DNA of 64,000 nt from an uncultured delta proteobacterium (GTDB lineage: Bacteria; Desulfobacterota; Desulfuromonadia; Geobacterales; DSM-12255): positions 64,001-128,000 of the forward strand of contig CAWBBV010000012.1 in NCBI GenBank assembly GCA_963787125.1, written 5' to 3'. Under the pieces are notes generated by a model. That model searched no databases, was not told where the DNA came from, and saw only the letters and a program-made list of their open reading frames with translations. Every line of letters starts with the position of its first letter. The stretch's first letter is position 1. The position numbers and the translations under genes were made by a program. Shown here piece by piece: positions 20,059 to 32,030 of the stretch.

Positions 20059-21300
20059 ATGGCTATAATCAAACCTTTCCGGGCGCTTCGCCCTCCTGTT
20101 AATATTGCTGAAAGAGTTGCCGCTCTTCCCTATGATGTCATGAATACGGCAGAGGCGAGAGAGATGGCTGCAGAAAACGAGTACAGTTTTCTCCATATTT
20201 CGCGTCCTGAAATAGATCTTCCGCCGGATGTAGATGCCCATTCAGAGCCTGTTTATCTGAAAGGCAGTGAAAATCTTTCCAGTTTTATTGCTAAAGGTGT
20301 CCTTATTCAGGATAAAGCAGATTGTTACTATGTTTACCGGCAGAAGATGGGAACCGTGATCCAGACAGGTCTTGTTGTCTGCGCAGGAGTGGATGATTAC
20401 CAGCAGGGGATAATTAAAAAACACGAACTTACCAGGGCAGACAAGGAAGAGGACAGAATTAATCATATTGATGTTCTTGACGCAAATGATGAGCCGGTTT
20501 TCTATACATTTCGTCATGACCAATTCATTGATCAACTGCTTAACACAGTGACGGAAAACAGGCCTGAGTACGATTTCAAGACAGACGATGAAGTCAGCCA
20601 TACTCTCTGGGTCGTCTCTGATCCAGGAATGATCGATTCTTTTACAACTGCTTTTGCTGCAATTCCTTCACTGTATGTTGCTGACGGTCATCACAGAAGT
20701 GCTGCTGCCAGCCGTGTTAGTGAAATAAGGAAGATGGCCAATGCGCAACATACAGGCATGGAAGAGTACAATTTTTTTCTCACGGTGATTTTTCCTGATA
20801 CAGAATTGAATATCATGCCTTACAATCGGGCGGTTAAGGACCTTAATGGCCATACAATCGCTGAATTCATGACTCTGATAAGCCGCTGTTTTGAGATTAC
20901 ACCTCTTCACTGCCGACCAATCATTGGAGAGTGTCATAATTTTGGTATGTATCTGGCCGGACGCTGGTATCAGCTCGTTGCAAGAGAAGAATCATTCGAT
21001 CTTTCTGACCCGGTCGGGTGTCTTGATATCTCAATTTTACAAAACAATCTTTTAAGTCCTATCCTCGGGATTAGAAACCCAAGGACAGATCAAAGGATTC
21101 ACTTTGTTGGGGGTATACGGGGAAACGGAGAGCTTGAGCGGCTTGTTGAGAGTGGTGAATTTGAAGTTGCTTTTGCACTTTTCCATACAACAATTGATGA
21201 GCTGATGGCCCTCGCTGATGCTGACAAGATTATGCCGCCAAAATCTACCTGGTTCGAACCAAAACTACGGTCTGGACTGTTCGTTCACTTGCTTTCTTAA
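20059..21300 (+). CDS. DUF1015-family protein
   Basis: [44 protein letters not shown]. Confidence 0.88.
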   Translation: MAIIKPFRALRPPVNIAERVAALPYDVMNTAEAREMAAENEYSFLHISRPEIDLPPDVDAHSEPVYLKGSENLSSFIAKGVLIQDKADCYYVYRQKMGTVIQTGLVVCAGVDDYQQGIIKKHELTRADKEEDRINHIDVLDANDEPVFYTFRHDQFIDQLLNTVTENRPEYDFKTDDEVSHTLWVVSDPGMIDSFTTAFAAIPSLYVADGHHRSAAASRVSEIRKMANAQHTGMEEYNFFLTVIFPDTELNIMPYNRAVKDLNGHTIAEFMTLISRCFEITPLHCRPIIGECHNFGMYLAGRWYQLVAREESFDLSDPVGCLDISILQNNLLSPILGIRNPRTDQRIHFVGGIRGNGELERLVESGEFEVAFALFHTTIDELMALADADKIMPPKSTWFEPKLRSGLFVHLLS

Positions 21301-21331
21301 AGCAATAATTTCACTGATAAGGGATGGTCTG

Positions 21332-21805
21332 ATGCGTGGAGTAGAAAAGATACTTATCTGTTTTCTTATTGTTGCGGCAACTATGATTTTTGCCTGTTCC
21401 CAAAAGGAATCTCCCGCTCCCGATACTAAAAAAGATGGAGATAGCAAGATGACTCAAACAGACAAAATGGTGAAAACATCTTCCGGATTACTGTACGAAG
21501 ATTTAGTTGCCGGTAGTGGCGCATCACCTGCTCCGGGAAAAAAGGTAACTGTTCACTATACTGGCTGGCTAACTGACGGAAAAAAGTTTGACAGTTCGAT
21601 TGACCGTAATGAACCGTTTATTTTTCAAATAGGCGCCGGTCAGGTAATTCCCGGTTGGGATGAAGGTGTCATGAGCATGAAGATCGGTGGTAAGCGAAAA
21701 CTGGTCATTCCAGCCAATCTTGGCTATGGTGCTGCAGGCGCTGGAGGAGTCATCCCAGCCAATGCAACTCTTGTGTTCGAAGTCATTCTGCTGGATATCC
21801 GCTGA
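21332..21805 (+). CDS. FKBP-type peptidyl-prolyl isomerase (probable lipoprotein)
   Basis: [24 protein letters not shown]; lipobox IFAC. Confidence 0.93.
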   Translation: MRGVEKILICFLIVAATMIFACSQKESPAPDTKKDGDSKMTQTDKMVKTSSGLLYEDLVAGSGASPAPGKKVTVHYTGWLTDGKKFDSSIDRNEPFIFQIGAGQVIPGWDEGVMSMKIGGKRKLVIPANLGYGAAGAGGVIPANATLVFEVILLDIR

Positions 21806-21809
21806 TTTC

Positions 21810-22793
21810 ATGAAGCTGAATATATTTACACTTTCTCTTGTTGCAGCTATTTTGGTTACGTTGAATGTTGATTCGTATGCCTCAAGGTCGGTAACTTTAT
21901 ATTCTGATGGTGCACAGGTTGAGCGGCGTGAGACTGCTAAAAAGGGGTATCTTGAGATTTACCTCCCCCCAGATGCACTACAGGACAGCTTGCGGATTGC
22001 TCCAGGCAGTGGTGCTGAGATCGTGCGAGTCGAGACAGCTATTCTCAAGCCTGCCAAGAGCATAGAAAAGGAGTTGACGCAGCTTTACGATCGGGAGGGG
22101 CTTCTAAATGACCGTTTGAAAGCTCTTGCTGTCCGCGAAGATATCTTTAAGGCTGCTGCTAAATCCCAAAGTGCCAAAGCGCCGCGGCGTACCAAAACAA
22201 ATCCTGAGCCTCTATCAGCAATTAAACAGGGGACAGACTATGCAATTACGCAACTTGAAGCGGTCTATTTTTCAAAGCGAAAGACTGAAAAGGAACTCGC
22301 TACGATTAACGTGCGGCGAACAAATATCAGTAAAGATGAACAGGCTGGCGGCACAGTAGCCAAAATATGGGTAACTCCTGCCGGTGGCTCTGTGACTGCT
22401 ACATGGCAACAGTCCGGCAGGAAATGGATACCGCACTATCAAATAAGAGTTGCTGATAATAACAGCGCAATATTGACGGTCATGGCGCCCGGTATCAGCA
22501 TTTCAAAGGGAGAGTCAGTCGAATTGGCACTTGCTTCGCTGCAGGCAGGGGATAAAACGACTAAATACAGGTACGAAGGCGAATGGGCTGTCTTGAAAAA
22601 AGAGCTGTTTACTGTTACAACCATGCCTGAAGCCAACGCTTCGCCCCAAACATTTACCTTTTCTTACCCCTCCACTGAAAACCTTCCGCCAGGTGATATC
22701 TCCTGCTATAAAGCTGGTGTATATATTGGTAAGGGTCGATTCAAAGGGGCATCGACAGGAAGAACAACAGAAATAATCTGTCATGGCATATAG
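21810..22793 (+). CDS. Exported DUF4140-like protein
   Basis: Signal peptide; 'VTLYSDGAQVER', 'DSLRI', coiled coil. Confidence 0.6.
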   Translation: MKLNIFTLSLVAAILVTLNVDSYASRSVTLYSDGAQVERRETAKKGYLEIYLPPDALQDSLRIAPGSGAEIVRVETAILKPAKSIEKELTQLYDREGLLNDRLKALAVREDIFKAAAKSQSAKAPRRTKTNPEPLSAIKQGTDYAITQLEAVYFSKRKTEKELATINVRRTNISKDEQAGGTVAKIWVTPAGGSVTATWQQSGRKWIPHYQIRVADNNSAILTVMAPGISISKGESVELALASLQAGDKTTKYRYEGEWAVLKKELFTVTTMPEANASPQTFTFSYPSTENLPPGDISCYKAGVYIGKGRFKGASTGRTTEIICHGI

Positions 22794-22825
22794 TTGGTTT
22801 ACTTGAATATTAACTGGAGCTTTTA

Positions 22826-24055
22826 ATGATTAGAACGCTTAATAACGTCATTTTTTCAATTCTTATGTTAGTTGTACTTTCAGGCTGCGGCAGCAGCTCA
22901 TCCTCTCCAACCATAACAACCATACCAAGCTCGGCAACAATTTTCTATGCTCATAATCTTGTCTTCAGAAACAGCACAACTCTTTCCACCGGCTATAATG
23001 GTTTCGGTCAATTGGCCAGTGGTAATCTTGATTATCGCACTGCTCTTGGGTATCTCTGGAAATACGATCCTTATAAAGGTTTCGCAACCGGTGGAGATCA
23101 TTCCGTTGCTTTTATGAATAACAGCACAGTCCGTTCCTGGGGTTATAACGGCTTTGGTCAACTTGGTGACAGCACAACAACATATAGCGTTATTCCGGTT
23201 AAAACTGTCGGAATAAGCGGTGTAAGGGCCGTAGCTGCAGGAGCTTATCACAGTTTAGCCTTAAATAAAGACGCAAACAATAACGATACTATCTGGGCCT
23301 GGGGTAGTAATGGTGCAGGCCAGTTAGGGATAGACTCGCTATTCATAGGGCTGGGGTATAGTGCCGTCCCCCGCAGGGTTAATGGTGGCGGAATTGTATT
23401 TTCAAATATCAGTTCCATTGCTGCAAACGGTTACAACTCTATGGCGCTTGCAGATGGGAAAGTCTGGGTCTGGGGTCTGAACGGCAGCGGTCAACTCGGA
23501 TTAAACCCTGCTGACACGGGTGCACTTGCTACTCCAATACCGGTATATATACCCACATCATTCAGGATATCAGGCATTGCTGCTGGAGGTGCTTTCAGTT
23601 ATGCATTTGACAAGGATGGAACTCTCTGGAGTTGGGGGTGTAATGATACAGGTCAGCTGGGTAACGGCTCGACCGTTTCAAGTTATTTACCAGTAAAGGT
23701 TATGACGTCTGCCGGAAATCCGTTGGCCAATGTTGTTCAGGTTGCTGCCGGTATTCAACACGGACTTGCCCGGCTCAGCGACGGCACTGTCTGGGCTTGG
23801 GGATTCAATTTTTTTGGACAACTTGGCAATAACGGTGCACTGGACTCCACTTATGCCGTTCAAGTCGTAATGGATACTGCAGGGACTAAAATGACTAACG
23901 CAACTGACATCAAGGCCTTCGGGTCATCATCAATGGCCCTGATAAACGGTGCCTGGTATGCATGGGGAAACAATTCTTTTGGTCAACTCGGGATTGGCCT
24001 TAATGGTACGCAAGCCACAATAGTCCCAATTCCCGTCAAGCTGCTGGGGTTTTAG
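22826..24055 (+). CDS. RCC1-repeat beta-propeller lipoprotein
   Basis: Lipobox LSGC; repeated WG.N..GQLG blades. Confidence 0.9.
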   Translation: MIRTLNNVIFSILMLVVLSGCGSSSSSPTITTIPSSATIFYAHNLVFRNSTTLSTGYNGFGQLASGNLDYRTALGYLWKYDPYKGFATGGDHSVAFMNNSTVRSWGYNGFGQLGDSTTTYSVIPVKTVGISGVRAVAAGAYHSLALNKDANNNDTIWAWGSNGAGQLGIDSLFIGLGYSAVPRRVNGGGIVFSNISSIAANGYNSMALADGKVWVWGLNGSGQLGLNPADTGALATPIPVYIPTSFRISGIAAGGAFSYAFDKDGTLWSWGCNDTGQLGNGSTVSSYLPVKVMTSAGNPLANVVQVAAGIQHGLARLSDGTVWAWGFNFFGQLGNNGALDSTYAVQVVMDTAGTKMTNATDIKAFGSSSMALINGAWYAWGNNSFGQLGIGLNGTQATIVPIPVKLLGF

Positions 24056-24182
24056 TTGCTTGCCTTGGCAGTGATGACTTATGGCGAGACGGGGTGATAC
24101 CTTTACTGCTTGACTGTAAAGCCTTTATTAGTCTACTTTGTCAGATTGCAATATAAACTGAAACAGAGTCTGGAGATCCGTA

Positions 24183-25658
24183 GTGGAAGAGTTGAGTGAA
24201 CTGTTATTGCAGCGCAGAAGAAAAGTTGATGCCCTTTGGAGTGCCGGGATAAATCCTTATCCGAACGATTTTCGCCAGCAGCACACATCTGCTGATCTTT
24301 TAGCAGAATTCGGTGTACAGCAAGATATTCCCGAGAAGGCTGCAAACTTTATAGTCGCAGGCAGAATGATGGCTTGTCGTTCTTTTGGCAAAGCAGCCTT
24401 TATTCAACTACAAGACCGTAAGGGCAGGATGCAGCTGTATATACGCAAGGATGTCATCGGCGCTGAGGCTTTTGAAGTTTTTGAAAGCTTTGACATCGGC
24501 GACATTCTCGGAGCTTCAGGCTGGCCTTTCAGGACAAAAACCGGGGAACTCTCCCTTCATGTGACTGAAATCTCTCTTCTGACAAAATCTCTGCTTCCTC
24601 TTCCGGAAAAATTCCATGGGCTTACTGATGTTGAGACTCGCTACAGACAGCGTTATGTCGACCTGATTGTTAATCCGGAAGTACGTGAGGTATTCTTCAA
24701 GCGGGCAAAGATCGTCTCCCTTATTCGTGAATTCATGATTAAACGTGATTTCCTCGAAGTAGAGACGCCAATGATGCACCAGATCCCTGGTGGCGCTGCT
24801 GCCAGGCCATTTATTACCCACCACAACACGCTCGATATGGAGCTATATCTACGAATAGCACCGGAACTCTATCTGAAAAGACTCGTTGTCGGCGGGTTTG
24901 ACAGGGTTTTCGAGATTAATAGAAACTTCCGTAACGAAGGTATTTCCATTCGGCATAACCCCGAATTTACCATGATGGAGTTTTATCAGGCGTATGCGAC
25001 CTTTACTGACCTGATGGATTTCACCGAGGAGATGCTCTGTCATGTTGCTCAGGAACTGCTTGGGACTCTGGATTTTGACTATCAGGGGCAACCAATCAGC
25101 TTTAAACGTCCATGGAAGCGTCTGACGGTCAAAGAGGCGATTATTGAGTATGGCGGAGTTTCTGCGAAGACCGTCAATGATCGTGAGCTAGCACTTGTCT
25201 ATGCAAGAAGTATCGGTCTGGATTTCCCGGATAATGTGGGCTACGGCAAGCTGATTACTGAGATTTTTGAAGAGGTTGCAGAACCTAAGCTCATTCAGCC
25301 TACATTTATTACTTCGTATCCGACTGAAGTTTCGCCTCTCTCTCGCAAGAGTGACAGTGATCCGGAGTTTGTTGACCGGTTCGAATTCTTTTGTGCCGGT
25401 CGAGAGATGGCAAACGCCTTTTCCGAGCTTAATGATCCTGTTGACCAGAAAGAGCGTTTCCTTGCCCAGGTAGAAGCTAAAAATGGCGGCGATGAAGAGG
25501 CGCATTACATGGATGAAGACTATATCCGAGCTCTAGAGTATGGTCTCCCGCCGACTGCAGGTGAGGGGATCGGCATAGACAGACTTGTCATGCTCCTGAC
25601 AGACTCACCTTCAATTCGCGACGTCATACTCTTTCCGCAGTTGAGAAAAGAAAAATAA
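24183..25658 (+). CDS. lysS: Lysine--tRNA ligase (class II)
   Basis: YRQRY.DL, FRNEG, HNPEFT, GLPPTAG.GIGIDR. Confidence 0.98.
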   Translation: MEELSELLLQRRRKVDALWSAGINPYPNDFRQQHTSADLLAEFGVQQDIPEKAANFIVAGRMMACRSFGKAAFIQLQDRKGRMQLYIRKDVIGAEAFEVFESFDIGDILGASGWPFRTKTGELSLHVTEISLLTKSLLPLPEKFHGLTDVETRYRQRYVDLIVNPEVREVFFKRAKIVSLIREFMIKRDFLEVETPMMHQIPGGAAARPFITHHNTLDMELYLRIAPELYLKRLVVGGFDRVFEINRNFRNEGISIRHNPEFTMMEFYQAYATFTDLMDFTEEMLCHVAQELLGTLDFDYQGQPISFKRPWKRLTVKEAIIEYGGVSAKTVNDRELALVYARSIGLDFPDNVGYGKLITEIFEEVAEPKLIQPTFITSYPTEVSPLSRKSDSDPEFVDRFEFFCAGREMANAFSELNDPVDQKERFLAQVEAKNGGDEEAHYMDEDYIRALEYGLPPTAGEGIGIDRLVMLLTDSPSIRDVILFPQLRKEK

Positions 25659-25677
25659 TTTCTATTCAGGTTTTTTA

Positions 25678-26958
25678 ATGCCCTATGAACTTTTCATAAG
25701 CCTCAGATATCTAAAGGCAAAACGCAGATCTGCATTCATTTCGATCATTACTTTGATCTCCACGGCCGGAGTTGCACTCGGGGTTATGGCGTTGATTATT
25801 GTTCTTGCGGTAATGACAGGTTTCGAACTCGACCTGAAAGAAAAGATCCTCGGCACCAATGCACATATTGTCGTTATGAAAAGCGGTAGTTCAATAGAAG
25901 ATTACGGCTCGCTGATGCAAAAACTCGCCAAATATGAAGGTGTGATTGCTGCGACACCCTTTATATATAATCAGGTTATGCTTGCATCGGGGAAGAATGT
26001 CTCCGGAGTCGTTCTTAGAGGTATCGACCCTGAATCTGATATGAAAGTGACCAATCTGCATAAGGCAATGATATCCGGTAAACTTTCAGCACTACTTCCA
26101 GAGCCTGGCAGCATTGCCTTGAGTAAAAGTTCTGAGCCAGAGCTTCCGGGTCTGATTATTGGTAAAGAGTTAGCCAGAAATCTCAATCTTTTTGTCGGGG
26201 ACAGAGTTAACGTCGTTTCTCCTATGGGTAACATTACTCCGCTAGGGATGATTCCCAAGATGAAAGGCTACCGTGTAGTCGGGATATTCAATACCGGAAT
26301 GTTTGAGTATGATTCAACACTAGCCTATGTCTGGATCAAGGATGCTCAGAGCTTTCTCGGGCTTGGTGATGCAGTAACCGGTATCCAGCTAAAGGTCAAA
26401 GATGTCTATGGTACTACTGCACTCTCAAAGCGAATAAATAGCGATCTTGGGTTATCGTATCACGCCAGAGACTGGATGCAGATGAACAAGAATATTCTCT
26501 TCGCACTGAAGACTGAGAAGGTTGTTATGTTTATCATTCTGACATTGATAGTTCTGGTCGCTGCTTTCGGCATAGCTTCCACGCTTTTTATGCTTGTTAT
26601 GGAAAAGACAAGAGATATTGCAATACTGAAATCCATGGGAGCTACCGGCCGAAGTATCATGAAAATATTCATTCTGGAAGGTCTGATAATTGGTCTTTCC
26701 GGAACCTTTGCCGGTGTTGCATCGGGACTGATAATCGCCAAAAACCTCGAAAGTATAGTCGGTTTCGTCCAGCGTGTTACCGGCTTTGAGCTTTTCAGTC
26801 GAGATGTTTATTATCTTGATAGATTTCCTTCTCATGTTGTAACTGCTGACGTTATCGTTATTTCCGTAACGGCTGTGGTTATCTCCTTTATAGCTACTCT
26901 TTACCCTGCCTGGCAGGCTTCGAGACTTCTGCCGTCAGAGGCGCTCAGATATGAGTAA
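25678..26958 (+). CDS. Lipoprotein-releasing ABC transporter permease (LolC/LolE type)
   Basis: LRYL...S.I..IS..G..LGV; V.EK.RDIAILK.MG; P.EALRYE. Confidence 0.92.
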   Translation: MPYELFISLRYLKAKRRSAFISIITLISTAGVALGVMALIIVLAVMTGFELDLKEKILGTNAHIVVMKSGSSIEDYGSLMQKLAKYEGVIAATPFIYNQVMLASGKNVSGVVLRGIDPESDMKVTNLHKAMISGKLSALLPEPGSIALSKSSEPELPGLIIGKELARNLNLFVGDRVNVVSPMGNITPLGMIPKMKGYRVVGIFNTGMFEYDSTLAYVWIKDAQSFLGLGDAVTGIQLKVKDVYGTTALSKRINSDLGLSYHARDWMQMNKNILFALKTEKVVMFIILTLIVLVAAFGIASTLFMLVMEKTRDIAILKSMGATGRSIMKIFILEGLIIGLSGTFAGVASGLIIAKNLESIVGFVQRVTGFELFSRDVYYLDRFPSHVVTADVIVISVTAVVISFIATLYPAWQASRLLPSEALRYE

Positions 26959-27634
26959 TGCTCTTTTGGAAGTTACGGATCTCTTTAAGTCCTATGGATC
27001 TGGATCGCAAAAAGTGGATGTTCTAAAAGGCGTATCCATTCAGCTAGGTAAGGGAGAGACTGTGGCGCTGCTTGGCGCATCAGGAGCAGGGAAGAGTACT
27101 TTGATGCATATTCTCGGTGCACTCGATCGCCCGACTTCTGGATCAGTACAATATGGTGGCGAGGATATATTTGCTAAAAGTGAAAGCCAGTTAGCCTTAT
27201 TCAGAAACATGACAATAGGGTTTGTTTTTCAATTCCATCATCTTCTGCCGGAGTTTACTGCTCTTGAGAATGTTATGATGCCTCTGTTTATAAACGGCGC
27301 ATCAAGAAGTGAGGCTTCTATAGCTGCCAAGTCAATTCTTGCTGAAGTTGGACTTGAACGGCGGATATCCCACAAGCCTGGCGAACTCTCTGGCGGTGAA
27401 CAGCAACGAGTTGCAGTTGCAAGAGCTCTTGTCATGAAACCTCAACTGCTGCTTGCTGATGAACCGACTGGAAATCTGGACATGAAAACCAGTGAGAGCA
27501 TCCATGATCTTTTTGAAGATCTTCATAGAAACAGGGGACTCTCCATTATGGTTGTTACACATAACGAGAGACTTGCAGCAAGAACGATGCGACAGATAAG
27601 AATGCAAGATGGAAAGGTTCAGGCTAAGGAGTGA
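26951..27634 (+). CDS. lolD: Lipoprotein-releasing ABC transporter ATPase
   Basis: [27 protein letters not shown]. Confidence 0.93.
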   Translation: MSNALLEVTDLFKSYGSGSQKVDVLKGVSIQLGKGETVALLGASGAGKSTLMHILGALDRPTSGSVQYGGEDIFAKSESQLALFRNMTIGFVFQFHHLLPEFTALENVMMPLFINGASRSEASIAAKSILAEVGLERRISHKPGELSGGEQQRVAVARALVMKPQLLLADEPTGNLDMKTSESIHDLFEDLHRNRGLSIMVVTHNERLAARTMRQIRMQDGKVQAKE

Positions 27635-29937
27635 TATTGTTTGCGCTAAGAACATTACTTTTATCTTTATGCTTTCTTTTTACAGCTACTACTGTTTTTG
27701 CAGTCCAGGATGAAATAGACGATGTCGTTATCAGTGGCAATCGGCGCATAGAGTCACCGGCTATAATGGCTGTCATAAAAATTAAATCCGGTAGCAAGTT
27801 TTTTGAAGAGAAAGTGGATGAGGATATTAAAGCAATCTTCAGTCTTGGCTTTTTTACCGATGTTAAAGCTGAAAGTAGATCATCTTTAAAAGGTATAGTC
27901 ATCACTTACGTAGTTACTGAAAAGCCGGTCGTTAGAGAAATACTTTTTGAAGGTAATAAGGCAATTAATAATGAAAAACTGAAAGAAGCGCTAGAGATAA
28001 AGCCCAATACGATTTTTTCAACCAAGGACCTTGTCAAGAGTATCAGTAAAATTAAAAAACTTTATGCCGATGATGGTTATTCTCAAGCTGAGATTGAAGC
28101 GGTAAAACTAAATACATCTCCATACGAACTTAAACTTACCCTCAAAATCAAAGAAGGTGACAAAATTCTTATCAAGGAGATAAAGTTCGAAGGTAATAGT
28201 GCCTTTGATGATTCCAAACTTAAGGGTATGATGGAGACAAAGCAGGATTGGTGGTTGGCATGGCTTACAGGTGCCGGTGTTTACAAAGAAGATATGTTGA
28301 AAAATGATATGCTTCTCATAACGGAGCATTATATGAACAACGGCTATATCAATTTCAAATTGTCTGAACCAAAAGTCGAGCTGACTCAAGACAAAAAAGC
28401 ACTGCTGGTTCAGATTGTTATGACTGAAGGTGACAAGTACAATATCGGTCAGATTGATTTCAGGGGAGAGCTCCTGGAAAGTAAGGAGGAGCTTGCTAAG
28501 CGCCTTAAAATAAAGACAGGTGATGTTTTTAGCAGAGCTGCTCTGCGCCAGGAAATCTTTTCACTCACGGATGTCTATGCCGATAAAGGTTACGCTTTTG
28601 CCAACGTTAATCCGCTCACTACTGTGAATATCGCAAAAAAAATGATAGATATAACTTTCGATTTTGAGAAGGGAGAGAAGGTTTATATCGACCGGATAAA
28701 CGTTACTGGCAATGCAAAAACACGAGACAAGGTCATACGTCGTGAAATGAGAGTTTCAGAAGGCGAACTTTACGGTGCAACTGCTTTGAAAAAGAGTAAA
28801 CAGAATCTTATGAACCTCGGATTTTTTGAAGAGGCGACAATTGCCACTTCAAAAGGGAAAGGTGACAATAAATTGAACCTTGATGTGAATGTCAAAGAAA
28901 AACCTACCGGTACATTCAGCATAGGTGGCGGCTATAGTTCTCTTGACGGTTTAGTCGGCCAGGGCTCGGTTCAGCAGTCCAATCTATTAGGTTACGGGTT
29001 GAAAAGTAATTTATCTGCTTCCATTGGCGGCAAGTCAAGTACCTACTCGCTCGGAGTTACTGACCCTTACTTCCTTGATACCAAATGGTCTCTTGGTACA
29101 GATTTATACAGATCCGAGAGGCAGTATATAGATTATACCAAACGAGCCACAGGTGGTGATATTAAGGCCGGATATGCGCTTTCGGATTCTTTGGGAACTT
29201 TCCTGCTTTACAAGCTAGAAAAGACTAATCTGCTTAAAAAATCGTTTGCCCTACAGGAATCGCAACGATTATACCCAGGGCTTGTAACGACAGATAACCC
29301 TACCGTAAGCTCTATAACGGCAAGTATAACCAGAAACACTACTGATTATCGTCTTGATCCATCATCAGGTATGACGAACAGCCTTTCGATAGAGTACGCT
29401 GGTCTTGGAGGTACAAGTCGTTACCTTCGCACCATAGCACAGACTGCGCAGTTTTTCCCTGTTGGCCTTGGAACCGTGTTTATGCTTCATGGAACTTTGG
29501 GGCATATTGCAGAAATGGGTGCCATTGTTCCTATTGATGATAAATTCTATCTTGGTGGGATTAGTACGTTAAGAGGTTTTTCAGGCCGAACGGTCAGCCC
29601 ATACGTTCTGATTCCGCAATACGATGCTGTCACTGGTGTTAAGTACGGTGAACAACGCGCTTACGTGGGTGGTGATACCGAAGTCGTCTTTAATGCCGAG
29701 TTTACCGTGCCCCTTTTGAAAGAGGCCGGTGTGAAGGGGGTACTTTTCTTTGATACAGGTAACTCCGTTGAAGGTATGAGCAATGCGTTTAAAGGCATGT
29801 TAAGCAGTTACGGCTTCGGTATTCGCTGGTTTTCACCCATTGGACCATTAAGACTTGAGTATGGTATCCCTTTGAATCCACGAGAGGGTATTGACAAAAG
29901 CGGTAAGTTGGAATTTTCTATAGGAAGTTTTTTCTAA
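27631..29937 (+). CDS. bamA: Outer-membrane protein assembly factor BamA
   Basis: POTRA repeats, LRGF motif, W.SPIGPL, C-terminal F. Confidence 0.96.
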   Translation: MILFALRTLLLSLCFLFTATTVFAVQDEIDDVVISGNRRIESPAIMAVIKIKSGSKFFEEKVDEDIKAIFSLGFFTDVKAESRSSLKGIVITYVVTEKPVVREILFEGNKAINNEKLKEALEIKPNTIFSTKDLVKSISKIKKLYADDGYSQAEIEAVKLNTSPYELKLTLKIKEGDKILIKEIKFEGNSAFDDSKLKGMMETKQDWWLAWLTGAGVYKEDMLKNDMLLITEHYMNNGYINFKLSEPKVELTQDKKALLVQIVMTEGDKYNIGQIDFRGELLESKEELAKRLKIKTGDVFSRAALRQEIFSLTDVYADKGYAFANVNPLTTVNIAKKMIDITFDFEKGEKVYIDRINVTGNAKTRDKVIRREMRVSEGELYGATALKKSKQNLMNLGFFEEATIATSKGKGDNKLNLDVNVKEKPTGTFSIGGGYSSLDGLVGQGSVQQSNLLGYGLKSNLSASIGGKSSTYSLGVTDPYFLDTKWSLGTDLYRSERQYIDYTKRATGGDIKAGYALSDSLGTFLLYKLEKTNLLKKSFALQESQRLYPGLVTTDNPTVSSITASITRNTTDYRLDPSSGMTNSLSIEYAGLGGTSRYLRTIAQTAQFFPVGLGTVFMLHGTLGHIAEMGAIVPIDDKFYLGGISTLRGFSGRTVSPYVLIPQYDAVTGVKYGEQRAYVGGDTEVVFNAEFTVPLLKEAGVKGVLFFDTGNSVEGMSNAFKGMLSSYGFGIRWFSPIGPLRLEYGIPLNPREGIDKSGKLEFSIGSFF

Positions 29938-29958
29938 TATATTTCGGAGGTTTTACTT

Positions 29959-30486
29959 ATGAACAGGTCATTTATTACAACATTTGTGCTGCTGCTCTCG
30001 TTTCTTTCTGTTCCTGCCTATGCAACTGAGTTAAAGCTCGGTACGGTTGATATGCAGAAAATTCTGATGTTGTCTGACGCTGGTAAGGATGCCAAGGAGC
30101 AGTTGGCGGTCAAGGCAGCAAAGTATGAAGCTGAAAAAAACCTGAAAGAAGAGGATCTCAAGAAGCTTAAAAGCGAACTCGAGAAACAGAGTGTTCTTCT
30201 TTCTGAAACTGCCAGGGCTGCAAAAGAAAAGGATTACCAGCAGAAATTGAAGGAATATCAGCGCTTTTTGAAAGATGCACAAGATGATCTTCAAGCAAAA
30301 AATGATGAATATACCAACAAGATTGTCGAAGAGATTGTTAAGGTGGTCCAGGAATTCGGTAAAAAAAGCGGGTTCACCTTCATCCTTGTGAAAAACGAAG
30401 GGATGATTTTTATGGATGACAAGATTGATCTTACTGACGAACTGCTCAAACAGTTCAATGCAGCCAGAAAAGCTGCTAAGAAATAG
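29959..30486 (+). CDS. skp: Periplasmic chaperone Skp/OmpH
   Basis: Signal peptide, G.VD, coiled coil, DLT; between bamA and lpxD. Confidence 0.92.
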   Translation: MNRSFITTFVLLLSFLSVPAYATELKLGTVDMQKILMLSDAGKDAKEQLAVKAAKYEAEKNLKEEDLKKLKSELEKQSVLLSETARAAKEKDYQQKLKEYQRFLKDAQDDLQAKNDEYTNKIVEEIVKVVQEFGKKSGFTFILVKNEGMIFMDDKIDLTDELLKQFNAARKAAKK

Positions 30487-30498
30487 CGGAGAATCTTT

Positions 30499-31533
30499 AT
30501 GGAGATTACGCTTAGAGAGTTGGCTGCGCATATAGGTGGCAGGGTTATCGGTGATCCTGATGCCAGAGTTAGTGGTCTGGGTTCGCTCGATGATGCTATA
30601 GAGGGACAGATTACTTTTCTAGCTAACCCCAAATACGCTGAAAAGGTTTCAAAAACAGGTGCAACTGCGGTAATGCTTCCACCTGGTGCTGAAGGCTACG
30701 GCAGGAATATTATTGAAACAACAAACCCCTACCTTGCTTTTGCCAAGGTGCTTACACTTTTTTGTATCCCCCCGGTTATCCCTAAGGGAGTAATGGAAGG
30801 TGCTTATGTTAGTCTAACGGCTTGTCTTGGCACCGATATTACCATTCACCCGGGAGTCTATATTGCTGACAACGTAACTGTCGGCGCCCGTGCGATTATC
30901 CATCCTGGAGTTGTTATCTATGAAGGTGTCATCATTGGCGACGATGTCACGATTCACTCGAATGCAAGCATCAGAGAGCGTTGCCGAATAGGAAATCGTG
31001 TAATTATTCATAACGGTGCCGTGATCGGAAGTGATGGTTTTGGTTATGCTCCTGATGGTAAACGCTTCTTTAAGATTCCCCAGATCGGTATCGTAGTGCT
31101 TGAAGATGACGTCGAAATTGGAGCAAACACAACAATTGACCGTGCTGCGCTTGATGTAACCCTGATTCGTAAAGGAACCAAAATAGATAATCTTGTGCAG
31201 ATAGCACATAATTGTACCATCGGTGAAAATACGGCAATAGCTGCCCAGACTGGTATTGCCGGTAGTACCACGGTCGGCAATAATGTTACCGTTGGCGGGC
31301 AGGTCGGGATTGTAGGGCATCTGAAAATTGGTGACAATACCATGTTCGGGGCAAAGACCGGCGTTATGAGCGATATTGATCAACCGGGTGCTTTCAGTGG
31401 TTCACCGGCAATTCCTCATAAGGATTGGCTAAGGACATCGGCTGTATATGCTAAATTACCGGAGATGCGTAAAACTATTTCATCGCTGGAAAAAAGGCTG
31501 GCAGCGCTTGAAAAGTCTGCAGCTGTTGCATAA
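30499..31533 (+). CDS. lpxD: UDP-3-O-acylglucosamine N-acyltransferase
   Basis: Hexapeptide repeats, [16 protein letters not shown]. Confidence 0.97.
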   Translation: MEITLRELAAHIGGRVIGDPDARVSGLGSLDDAIEGQITFLANPKYAEKVSKTGATAVMLPPGAEGYGRNIIETTNPYLAFAKVLTLFCIPPVIPKGVMEGAYVSLTACLGTDITIHPGVYIADNVTVGARAIIHPGVVIYEGVIIGDDVTIHSNASIRERCRIGNRVIIHNGAVIGSDGFGYAPDGKRFFKIPQIGIVVLEDDVEIGANTTIDRAALDVTLIRKGTKIDNLVQIAHNCTIGENTAIAAQTGIAGSTTVGNNVTVGGQVGIVGHLKIGDNTMFGAKTGVMSDIDQPGAFSGSPAIPHKDWLRTSAVYAKLPEMRKTISSLEKRLAALEKSAAVA

Positions 31534-31551
31534 AAGTAATCGGGGGTATCA

Positions 31552-31995
31552 ATGTTGCTCGATATTAACGAAATAATGAAGATACTGCCACATCGGTATC
31601 CATTTCTGCTTGTTGACAGAGTAATAGAGTACGACCCGGGTAAAAGAATTGTCGGTATTAAAAATGTTACCATGAATGAACCTTTCTTTGAAGGCCACTT
31701 CCCTGGACATCCAGTGATGCCAGGAGTGCTCATTATTGAGGGTATGGCGCAGACAGGTGGCCTTCTTGTAGGGCTTGTCAAGGGCGATGAGACTAAAAAC
31801 AGAGTCTGCTATTTTGTGGCCGTGAATAATGCAAAATTCAGAAGACCGGTCAGACCCGGAGATCAGCTAAGGATTGAGATGGATGTTTTAAGTTGCAAAC
31901 GCGGAATATGGGCTTTTTCAGGTAAAGCATTTGTTGACGGCAAATTAGCTGCAGAGGCTGAACTGAAAGCAACTTTTGCAGGCAGCATATCTTAA
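31552..31995 (+). CDS. fabZ: 3-hydroxyacyl-ACP dehydratase
   Basis: [22 protein letters not shown]. Confidence 0.97.
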   Translation: MLLDINEIMKILPHRYPFLLVDRVIEYDPGKRIVGIKNVTMNEPFFEGHFPGHPVMPGVLIIEGMAQTGGLLVGLVKGDETKNRVCYFVAVNNAKFRRPVRPGDQLRIEMDVLSCKRGIWAFSGKAFVDGKLAAEAELKATFAGSIS

Positions 31996-32030
31996 AACCG
32001 GCGGTATGTAAAAATGGACAGGAGAAAATA

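Noticed and set aside
22826..24055. Repeated GGTCAACT-like DNA as a CRISPR or repeat array
   Set aside because: These are coding RCC1 blade repeats (GQLG) with degenerate codons; no CRISPR array or cas gene was seen in the window
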